Position numbers and translations under genes: made by a program | The notes under the pieces: model-generated | Told to the model about the DNA's origin: nothing | What the model saw: only the letters and a program-made list of their open reading frames with translations | The model's database searches: none | Source: Candidatus Nealsonbacteria bacterium | GTDB lineage: Bacteria; Patescibacteriota; Minisyncoccia; Minisyncoccales; PWPS01 | Direction of reading: 5' to 3' | DNA length: 50,678 nucleotides | Assembly (NCBI GenBank): GCA_003560095.1 | Contig: PWJI01000010.1 | Span: forward strand, 1-50,678 | Shown: positions 43,254 through 50,678 of the stretch, in pieces | Numbering within the stretch: position 1 is the stretch's first letter | Layout: every line of letters begins with the position of its first letter

Positions 43254-45554
43254 TTATTTTATTAATTGAGACGGAATAAAGCAACGAACATTAAGTCTGT
43301 CATCTCTTTCGGTGGCTCCAACACTACTGGGATTAAAACCAACATACCAAGAAAACTCATTATCATAAATAGAAGATGTCCAATAATAAGAACCCATATT
43401 ATTATCCCAATTAAGAAAACAAGACGAGCAATCTTCGCAGGATCCCATTCCGTCTTGAGAAGACCAGCTACAAACAGAAGTTCCAAAAATATTTCTTAAT
43501 TGGTACCAGGTTGGCAACATCCATTGGCTTTGCCCTGCATAAGCTCCTCCAGGAGCTCTTCCTAAATCCCTACAATGATTAATAGCATCACCAAAATTAT
43601 GTAAATTTCTTGCGGTAGGCGACCAAAGATTGCCTTCATTATCACAATATACGGTATCTCCATTAATTGCTCCAACCGAGTTGTAATCAGATACAGAAGA
43701 GCAAAAATCTTCAACAGGTAAAGGCGCTGGCTCTGGAGGTTTTTCTCTTGTCTTACACTTCACGCTATCAAGTTTTTCAGATGCTGGAAAAGATCCATCT
43801 CTTAAATAAAATTCGTATTCTGTTCCGGGTGATAGTCCTCTTACAGTATAAGATCCTTCTTGGTGTCCTGTAAAGATACCTGTAATTCTTTCTGAAAATT
43901 TAAAAATCCATTTCCTTGAATTACCCTCCGTTTGATAAGCTAAAGTAATCTCATTTTCAGTAGTTTCAGCGCAAGAAATCGATCCTTGTATAATTTCTTC
44001 TGGTGGTGTTGGTTTTGGAGGTTCTTCTGCCTCCTCTTCCCATTCAAAATAAAGATCGGCTCTTCTCATATCCCATGTACTAGCATTCTCAAACCCTTCC
44101 TTTCCTGAGCCGAAAAATACAGGGATCATCTCTTCATTTACAACATGTCCTCTTTCATCTCCCAATATTCCAGGATTATGATTAACTAAGTCTTTATTTC
44201 CAGGCTCAGGCCATCCTTCTGGTGGCCTCATTCTGCCTATAATATTAAAGTCTCTATCAAGAAGACGAAACATGATGCTACCTTGGCCAGTATCAGCTAC
44301 AAGGATAAACTTATCACGTTCTGGCAAGTATTTTACATCTACCGATGAAAAAATATCGTCACTACCTTCTTTTTCTGAAGAAACGGACTCTCCATCATTT
44401 AAAGGAGTAAATGTTATTCCTCCATCAGTGGACTCAGAAACATAAGTTCCCCACGGAAAACCATCCTCTGGAGATATGGCATACGAGTAAAAATGAATAA
44501 ACCTGTTCTCCATAAAAATAACCGAAGACTGGCCAATGCCATAATGCATTTGTTGATGCTCCTTTGGAAGAGAAATAACCGGGTTTCTGTTATTAGCATG
44601 ATTCCAGTTAATTCCATCTTTTGAAGTAGCTAAAAATATTTGATTGTCTCCATGTGAGTAGCCTTCATCTTCCCAAAACCTTGGGTGCTCTGATGTAAAG
44701 AAAAGGTAATAATAGTTATTGCTTGCCTTAACAACGGAAGGATCACAAGCCCAATGACCTTGCTCTCCACCATAAATAGCCTGAAGAACAATCTTTGGGT
44801 CACTCCAATTCATTCCGTCCGAAGATTCTGCATAAAAAATTGAATCTCCATCTCCCTCATCTTTTGCACACCACCACATACGATAAAGTCCATCATCTAG
44901 CATAATCGATGGAGCGTAGTTATAACTTTCGTCATCTGTAATAACATAACCTCTGTCAATTATTTTTCCGAAAGGATCGTCTTTCTCTTTATCGGTTTTC
45001 ATGTCTTTGCTCTCTATTCTTTTTTTTATCTCTTTAATAGTGACATTAACTTCTTCTATCATTTCCAGCATCTTTGAACTTATTCTTACCTCGCTTCCTT
45101 TTAAAATGCTATTTAGTTTCATTCTTGTATAACTTCCCACAAAACCATTAGGAGAATCCATTCCTACAGGATCAAGAACTTCACTTTCATATTTTTCTTG
45201 AAATCTTTTTACAGCATCTTTGGTTGCAGGTCCAAAGTAATCGGTTTCGTTTCCGGACGAGCCATGTCCGCTCTGGGCTACTCTTGTTTGAGGGTCTTTG
45301 TTTAATACTTTTTGTAGTTCTCTTACGTCACTATCTCTCATTCCTAAGTAGAGGTTCTTTTGAAAAGTAAATTCTGCAGGTATTTCTGCAGAAAAAGACA
45401 TTTTGGTAACTCTTGTTAAGTTGCTAACCGTCTTTTCTATTTGCCTTAGTCTTTTCTCCAAATCCTCAGCTTCTCCATAAGCAGATAAAACTGAAAAAGT
45501 AAAGAGAAAAATAATGATTGATAAAACAAAAACAATTTTTTTTAAAATACTCAT
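43254..45554 (-). CDS. secreted PG_binding_1 domain, five-bladed beta-propeller glycosidase-like domain (GH43/32/68 superfamily-like), FN3 and DUF1566-type domain
   Basis: It has a signal peptide. The PG-binding part (45102-45359) reads [28 protein letters not shown]. The propeller part (about 44040-44972) has YAPSIMLDDGLYRMWW, YAESSDGMNWS, CDPSVVKASNNYYYLFF and LATSKDGINW. FN3 lies at about 43752-43991. The C-terminus (43275-43706) has QWMLPTWYQLRNIF, YYWTSS and LNVRCF. Confidence 0.65.
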   Translation of the reverse strand: MSILKKIVFVLSIIIFLFTFSVLSAYGEAEDLEKRLRQIEKTVSNLTRVTKMSFSAEIPAEFTFQKNLYLGMRDSDVRELQKVLNKDPQTRVAQSGHGSSGNETDYFGPATKDAVKRFQEKYESEVLDPVGMDSPNGFVGSYTRMKLNSILKGSEVRISSKMLEMIEEVNVTIKEIKKRIESKDMKTDKEKDDPFGKIIDRGYVITDDESYNYAPSIMLDDGLYRMWWCAKDEGDGDSIFYAESSDGMNWSDPKIVLQAIYGGEQGHWACDPSVVKASNNYYYLFFTSEHPRFWEDEGYSHGDNQIFLATSKDGINWNHANNRNPVISLPKEHQQMHYGIGQSSVIFMENRFIHFYSYAISPEDGFPWGTYVSESTDGGITFTPLNDGESVSSEKEGSDDIFSSVDVKYLPERDKFILVADTGQGSIMFRLLDRDFNIIGRMRPPEGWPEPGNKDLVNHNPGILGDERGHVVNEEMIPVFFGSGKEGFENASTWDMRRADLYFEWEEEAEEPPKPTPPEEIIQGSISCAETTENEITLAYQTEGNSRKWIFKFSERITGIFTGHQEGSYTVRGLSPGTEYEFYLRDGSFPASEKLDSVKCKTREKPPEPAPLPVEDFCSSVSDYNSVGAINGDTVYCDNEGNLWSPTARNLHNFGDAINHCRDLGRAPGGAYAGQSQWMLPTWYQLRNIFGTSVCSWSSQDGMGSCEDCSSCFLNWDNNMGSYYWTSSIYDNEFSWYVGFNPSSVGATERDDRLNVRCFIPSQLIK

Positions 45555-45691
45555 GTTTAATTTGATAAGTTATTTTGTATTACTTGATTATACTAAAAAA
45601 TATTGAAAAAACAATTTTCAAGTTAATATTTTTCTTGCCTCGTTTATCTATGAATCTTTCTTTGCCTTGAATAAATTCACCTCCTTCTTTA

Positions 45692-46285
45692 CTACAAACT
45701 CCTAAGAAAAAATAATTTTCTTAACCCATTTATAAAGTCTTCTGCTTCTTTAGTGGCTATACTCAAGTCCTCATCCTCCGGAAAAACATTTATGTTCAAA
45801 GAGGCTTGAACTGGGATAACTTCGTTAATTTCTATATTACTGCCTATTTCCTCAAAGAGAGAAGTATCTATTTTTACAGTTCCTGAAAATTCAAATTCCT
45901 CATTAATTTGAATTTCGGTATCAATAGGAACATCTACAACCACCCTCCCTATAGCAGGAACATCAATTGGAATAGATAAATCTTCTTTTATTCTTACATT
46001 TTTATTTATAGGAACAGTTGTATCATAGGAAACTTCACTGGGGATAATTTTTTCAGCATCAAATAAATCCTCCAATGAAACAGAAAGATTAACTGGAACA
46101 TCTTCTTCTATCTCTACGCCAACCTCTATCCCTTGACTGCTTAATTCTTCTATTTTGAGATTAGTTTCTCTTGTAAAATCATCTACCCTCGCTCTGATTG
46201 AAAGATATCCAAAAATAACAAATAGAGACAAAAAAATAACTAATAATTGCACTCCTTTTTCCAAAATATAAGTTTTCTTTTCCAT
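45692..46285 (-). CDS. N-terminally anchored exported protein, unknown function
   Basis: 197 aa with TM anchor LLVIFLSLFVIFGYLSI. It is acidic and beta-rich, with recurring VP(I/V)(N/D) motifs. Confidence 0.4.
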   Translation of the reverse strand: MEKKTYILEKGVQLLVIFLSLFVIFGYLSIRARVDDFTRETNLKIEELSSQGIEVGVEIEEDVPVNLSVSLEDLFDAEKIIPSEVSYDTTVPINKNVRIKEDLSIPIDVPAIGRVVVDVPIDTEIQINEEFEFSGTVKIDTSLFEEIGSNIEINEVIPVQASLNINVFPEDEDLSIATKEAEDFINGLRKLFFLRSL

Positions 46286-46390
46286 AAATATATTTATCTT
46301 TCCGCTTTTTTAATATTAAAAAAATTTAAGTAATTGATTGAGCAATAATCTTTTATTTTTTTCGCTCTTTTCTTCTTTTACTAAAATAAT

Positions 46391-47179
46391 TTAATTTTTA
46401 TTCTCTTTTTTAAGTGAAATCAAAAGTTGTGCTATTAAAAGGAAGACAATACAAGAAAGGGTTGTAAAAATTACAATTGGATAATTCCCTGCAAAGCCAG
46501 ACAAGGAGGTGTGTTTAAGCCATATTCCAAAATAAGTCCAAACAAAAACAATTCCATAAAGAATATTTTTATCTTTAAACATTCGAAAAACGCCAATAAA
46601 TGCTCCTATTACAAGAATTATTGTTGTCCATATTTCTTCTCTTATTCCAAATCCATCCCATTTAATGCTTACAAGAAAAGCTGTTATATTGGCAATTGTT
46701 GCTACCATAATCCATCCAAGATAAATGCTAAAGGGAAGAAGAATAAAAAATTTATCTTTCCTCTCTGGAAGATTTTCTTCTTTTAAGATGTTGGCAATTT
46801 TAATTAATGAAAAAAGAAGAACCAGCATTAAAACAACAGAAAAACCTGCTAAAGTATGGTGCCACGCAAAAATCCAAAAAATATTGGCAATTGAACTAAT
46901 AATAAAATAAGGATTTATCTTCTGAAAAAGTTTTTCTCTCCTTTCTTCTACCTTTTTTTGGAAAAAGCCTAGCTGATAAAAAACATAACCAAAAAGAAGA
47001 AGATAAATCACACCCCAAATAGAAAATATTATTCCTGCCGGAGTAAAAAGATTGGGATAGAGCTCAGAAATTTCTCCCGTACTCAAATTGTTTATAGGAA
47101 GAGCATTGGCTAAAAAGTTAACTACCACCACGAAAAAATAGAAAATAAAAGCAACCCAATTGGTAAAATTTTTTTTCAT
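46391..47179 (-). CDS. polytopic membrane protein, TspO/MBR-related (long form)
   Basis: 262 aa with about 7-8 TM helices. The N-terminal ANALPINNLSTGEISELYPNLFTPAGIIFSIWGVIYLLL resembles the TspO-like motif F-x-P-A-G-x-x-F-x-I-W-x-x-I-Y. The call is from memory and is moderate to weak. Confidence 0.4.
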   Translation of the reverse strand: MKKNFTNWVAFIFYFFVVVVNFLANALPINNLSTGEISELYPNLFTPAGIIFSIWGVIYLLLFGYVFYQLGFFQKKVEERREKLFQKINPYFIISSIANIFWIFAWHHTLAGFSVVLMLVLLFSLIKIANILKEENLPERKDKFFILLPFSIYLGWIMVATIANITAFLVSIKWDGFGIREEIWTTIILVIGAFIGVFRMFKDKNILYGIVFVWTYFGIWLKHTSLSGFAGNYPIVIFTTLSCIVFLLIAQLLISLKKENKN

Positions 47180-47357
47180 AATTTAATTTATTAAGAAAAT
47201 TATTTGTTATGAAATAATTTTTCTATAATTCTATACAAAAATAAATAACTCTCTTTTAAGGACAAATGTCGCTCTCTATATAATACCAAGGATAAAAACA
47301 ATTAAATGTGCTACATTCACCTGTGAATATATTTTCTGCATAAAAAACTTCGCAACA

Positions 47358-48020
47358 CTAATCCCCCTCTCCTCCATGAACAAATTCCATTTTCTCATTA
47401 TTAAGATATATTATAGCGTCATCAATCCAGTCATATTGCAGAGCGGCAAAAATCAAAACCGCTTCAGTTCTTGGAGGTTCGCATGTTCCAATAGTCGCAT
47501 ATTCTCCACTAAGATAAATTCTTGCTTTATTTCCGTCTAAAACAACTTCATTAAACTCTAATGGCTCAACAATAATGGTCTTTTTTTCAGTTTCAATAGA
47601 TCTTTCTTTAATGTGATAAGAGAGAGGATTACTATAGTCTGTTCCTTCAACTATTTCATCTCCTTTGAAAAGCTCTAAGTATATTGCCTCAAGTGGCTTA
47701 TTTGTCGGCTCTATTTCTTTTTCTATGTAATATACTTTGTCACCGCAGCCAATAAAATCTCCTTTTTCCCTTGCTTCTTCCATAGCCTGAGTATCATCAT
47801 AATCAACATCCTCTGCAGGCTCCCCAATAACGGGAACCATTATGGTATCAACAAAAATATCTTCTTTATCTTCTTTTTCTGATTCAACGTCTTTTTCCAC
47901 TGTATCTTCTTTCTTCACCTCCCTTTCTTCTTGAGCTAAAAACAAAACACTAGCTCCCGCCACTCCGGCAACAGATAAAATTATTAAAATTGCTAATAAA
48001 GTTGATATTTGTTTATTCAT
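47358..48020 (-). CDS. anchored exported protein with a GerMN-like C-terminal domain
   Basis: Its anchor ILIILSVAGVAGASVLFLAQEERE is nearly the same as that of 42723..43250. The C-terminal KPLEAIYLELFKG..NPL..VVLDGNKARIYLSGEY..AVLIFAALQYDWIDDAIIYLN resembles the GerMN pattern. Confidence 0.4.
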   Translation of the reverse strand: MNKQISTLLAILIILSVAGVAGASVLFLAQEEREVKKEDTVEKDVESEKEDKEDIFVDTIMVPVIGEPAEDVDYDDTQAMEEAREKGDFIGCGDKVYYIEKEIEPTNKPLEAIYLELFKGDEIVEGTDYSNPLSYHIKERSIETEKKTIIVEPLEFNEVVLDGNKARIYLSGEYATIGTCEPPRTEAVLIFAALQYDWIDDAIIYLNNEKMEFVHGGEGD

Positions 48021-48113
48021 AGTTATCTTTAGTTATATTTTTAATTTACTTTGCACTATTTAAGTATATCACAAAACAAGCCTCAATGGTGTTTTGCGGC
48101 TATTACAAAAAAA

Positions 48114-48452
48114 TCATATTGATGCCAGAATAATAAAAGCAATTACTGCAAGAATTATCCCAACATAAGCTGCAGGTGATAAAACTTCTTGTAAAAACAA
48201 AAGTCCTAGCAGATTAGCTAATATAATTCCGGAAGCACTAAAGAGAGCAACAGTCCTTCCCAGTTCAATTGTAGTAAAAACATACAGTTGTCCAAATGTT
48301 GCAACCGTTCTTATTAGAATATAAACCAAAAACCAAACACTAAGAAAGGTCGAAAGAGCAAATCCATACTTAGACATATATGTTCTTGCCAGTAAATCTC
48401 CTATTGCAAACAATAACTGAGTTACAATAATTACAATAATTGGCCAATTCAT
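48114..48452 (-). CDS. small 4-TM DMT-superfamily (EamA/SMR-like) membrane protein
   Basis: 112 aa with four helices. The size and pattern resemble ArnE/ArnF-type or SMR-like half transporters. Confidence 0.5.
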   Translation of the reverse strand: MNWPIIVIIVTQLLFAIGDLLARTYMSKYGFALSTFLSVWFLVYILIRTVATFGQLYVFTTIELGRTVALFSASGIILANLLGLLFLQEVLSPAAYVGIILAVIAFIILASI

Positions 48453-48632
48453 AATTTAATAAAATATAGCTAGGTTTTTGTTTTGACTCTTTGTTCTTTT
48501 TTTCTTTTATAGGGAATAACTCCCAAAAACAATAAAAAGAATAAAAGGTTTAGAAAGTATAATTTTTCGTCAATTACTCCAAGAAAACCAAGAAAACCTA
48601 ATGGATTAAATTCTGTCTTTTTTATGAATTAT

Positions 48633-50678
48633 TTAATTGTCTTTTATGCATCGCACTGACATGCCATCGGCTTGAGGATGAGCATAACGATGAATACCAA
48701 CACCATCACGATGAATAAAACGAAACCAAGGAAGACCTCCTGACAAAGAAGATGTCCACCAAAGAGCACCGCTATTAGCAAATTGAAGTTCGTCAAAAGT
48801 AGTACGATAACCTCCGGGAAGAGCTGTAAAATTAGAATAATTATTACCTCCCCAATCTGCGGTTTTCATTCTTGTTCCGGCAGGGTCACACCCCCAATAC
48901 TCTCTATCGGGAAGACAGCTTCCGGTAGCAAGCTCTCTTTCTAGAATATGCCATTCACTATCGCTTGGCACTTTCCATCCTTCCGGGCAAACTCCTTGAG
49001 CTCCTTCTTGTCTTGATCCATCCATGACAGCTCCCCATTGATATAAAACTCCATCGTATCCTCCTCCTTGAGCAGCACAAGCATTGTAGGGTGCTCCTGT
49101 TGTCCATTCATTATTAGTACATCCTGAATCATAACGTAAATCTTCGCCAAACCAGCACTGATTGCCAATTTTCACCGTTTTATATCTTTCACCGTCTCTA
49201 TTGTCAACAAAAGAATCACCACATGTAAAATCTTTTTCTTCATCGGGATCAGGATCCGGGTCAGGTCTTGGGTCAGGTTTTGGATCAAAAGGAACTGTGC
49301 CATCAGCTTCTTTAGCAATATCTTTATAACGCTCAAGATCAGCGTCCGTAATAGGGCGTCGCATCATACGAATAGATTTATAACAAAAATCACAAATTTC
49401 TGTTGGTTGTTGTGCTCCATAAGTCAGATATATCCATTTCTTACCACCCTCTTCTTTAACAAAAGCCTCAGGAACATGATTTGCTTGCACGTCACTATCA
49501 TGCCTAATATATCCAAGTAAAGCCCAATCCTCTCCATTAACAGAAATTGCTTCGACTATTTTTCTTCCCGGCCATCCTTCGCCATATCCCACAGGATCAG
49601 CATAAGCAAAATAAATATCATCTATACGAATTACATTTGGATTGGGATAATTAACAATAAGAGGATTATCTAAGCCTCTCTTAATATTCCAATCATTAAT
49701 GTTATAAAAATCACCATGATTTTCAGCATAAAGCATTGAAATAGTTAAATCATGGATACCGTCAAACCATAATCTGTACACTCCATCTTCATACATAAGC
49801 GAAGGACGAAGATACATTCCCTCAGGGTGAAAATGACAATCTGGGTCTTCTGAGCTTATTGGTTTTTGACCAATATTATCCTCATAAATTAAAATAGGCT
49901 CCTTAGTACGAGTCCAATTAATTCCATCACTTGAATACGCACCCATCACAGAACTAAGGTCCGAATCAGTATCATCGTCATGACAAGCAGGAACACCATC
50001 TATATTGTGCCCGCTAGCACTGTAAGCCATATAATAAGTTCCATCAACTCTAATAACCGAAGGATCTCCAGTGTGCCACTCATCAAAAATATTATCACCA
50101 CCATCAATTACCGGAACCCATTTACTGGGCGTCATTGTCTTATCCCACTGAAAAATACCATTTTGTGTTCCACTATAAACCTCCCAAGGGCCATCTATTT
50201 TTGGTGCTCGAGCTGCAAAAATAGCATCACAGCCATCATATAGAGGATTGCAGATTTCACTAGCCCAACCAAAGAACCAGCCTTTAAACGGATAATCTGT
50301 ATCTTCCGAAGTATGAAGAATATCCAAATTATACATATTTTTAAAATTGTAGAGTAAATCTCCACCAATATGACTCCATAGCTCGGTACGCTCTACATAT
50401 CGTCCCGGTTTAAGGTCATCTGAGAGCTTGAACTTAGAATCAGGATCAGGATCTGGCTCTGGTTCAGGTTCAGGATCTGGCTCTGGTTCAGGTTCAGGTT
50501 TTTGATCTTCAATTATTTTACTGAGCTTTGCTCTCGTTGAGGGCCCTACAAATCCTGTTCCTTGTGTTAGGTTAAAAGGAGAGAGTACTTCTTCTTTGTA
50601 CTTTTCTTGAAATCTTTTTACAGCTTCCTTGGTTAGGTTTCCAAAGTAATCGGTTTCGTTTCCGGGAGAGCCGTATCC
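48633..50678 (-). CDS. secreted PG_binding_1 domain, PE linker, beta-propeller glycosidase-like domain, PD linker and Fib_succ_major domain (5' end beyond the window)
   Basis: The frame stays open upstream of the ORF-track Met (50336) to 50678, reading [52 protein letters not shown]. The propeller has [18 protein letters not shown] and [10 protein letters not shown]. The C-terminus (48636-49229) has [44 protein letters not shown] and SVRCIKDN. Confidence 0.7.
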   Translation of the reverse strand, partial: GYGSPGNETDYFGNLTKEAVKRFQEKYKEEVLSPFNLTQGTGFVGPSTRAKLSKIIEDQKPEPEPEPDPEPEPEPDPDPDSKFKLSDDLKPGRYVERTELWSHIGGDLLYNFKNMYNLDILHTSEDTDYPFKGWFFGWASEICNPLYDGCDAIFAARAPKIDGPWEVYSGTQNGIFQWDKTMTPSKWVPVIDGGDNIFDEWHTGDPSVIRVDGTYYMAYSASGHNIDGVPACHDDDTDSDLSSVMGAYSSDGINWTRTKEPILIYEDNIGQKPISSEDPDCHFHPEGMYLRPSLMYEDGVYRLWFDGIHDLTISMLYAENHGDFYNINDWNIKRGLDNPLIVNYPNPNVIRIDDIYFAYADPVGYGEGWPGRKIVEAISVNGEDWALLGYIRHDSDVQANHVPEAFVKEEGGKKWIYLTYGAQQPTEICDFCYKSIRMMRRPITDADLERYKDIAKEADGTVPFDPKPDPRPDPDPDPDEEKDFTCGDSFVDNRDGERYKTVKIGNQCWFGEDLRYDSGCTNNEWTTGAPYNACAAQGGGYDGVLYQWGAVMDGSRQEGAQGVCPEGWKVPSDSEWHILERELATGSCLPDREYWGCDPAGTRMKTADWGGNNYSNFTALPGGYRTTFDELQFANSGALWWTSSLSGGLPWFRFIHRDGVGIHRYAHPQADGMSVRCIKDN
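50441..50500 (-). repeat. 24-nt tandem repeat encoding the Pro-Glu/Pro-Asp linker
   Basis: CAGGATCTGGCTCTGGTTCAGGTT at 50447-50470 is repeated exactly at 50471-50494, with partial copies flanking. Confidence 0.8.

Noticed and set aside
48453-48632. Possible small hydrophobic minus-strand ORF (..LGFLGFLGVIDEKLYFLNLLFFLLFLGVIPYKRKKEQ..) in the 180-nt spacer
   Set aside because: The open frame has no ATG, GTG or TTG start until very late (the LFLG region) and no SD. It is treated as intergenic.
1-50678. tRNA, rRNA or other structured RNA genes in intergenic spacers (e.g. 6275-6365, 14959-15067, 20295-20410, 23654-23833, 31367-31505, 45555-45691, 47180-47357)
   Set aside because: None of the spacers shows tRNA-like T-arm (GTTCRANNC) or acceptor complementarity, or rRNA-like conserved blocks. 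They are A/T-rich promoter or terminator regions.

Overview
The window is an AT-rich, very gene-dense bacterial chromosome segment. It holds about 50 CDS, all but seven on the minus strand, often with junctions of 0-40 nt or small overlaps. I saw no rRNA, tRNA, CRISPR array, transposase, integrase or phage gene. TGA is used as a stop (e.g. 15068-15070) and conserved genes are unbroken, so the standard bacterial code applies.

Recognisable housekeeping genes are a tgt fragment, RNase R, a cold-shock protein, serS, a class II photolyase, a VanY-type peptidase, HU, a Nif3-like protein, a PIG-L deacetylase, HAD hydrolases, an M20 peptidase, a compact MraZ-like protein, two cation/proton antiporters and a CaCA antiporter.

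These are interleaved with an unusually large set of membrane-anchored or secreted modular proteins:
- Three carry a C-terminal Fib_succ_major-type domain and three a DUF1566-type lectin-like domain.
- Two of the DUF1566 proteins contain clear thrombospondin type-1 repeats.
- One has a degenerate receiver domain as its cytoplasmic head.
- Three share a previously unnamed N-terminal cytoplasmic module.
- Several contain a short C-x3-G-F-Y-W-Y-x3-C repeat.
- The set also includes a 962-aa Flg_new/GLUG protein and two PG-binding, beta-propeller, lectin enzymes.

Accessory paralogue sets accompany them: three exported thioredoxin-like proteins (one without CxxC), three LolA-fold-like proteins, and two HAMP-only transducers next to a 7-TM protein.

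By inference only, the content resembles an uncultivated small-genome (CPR/Patescibacteria-like) bacterium with a cell-surface or partner-attachment island. All family assignments come from motif recognition by eye, not from searches.
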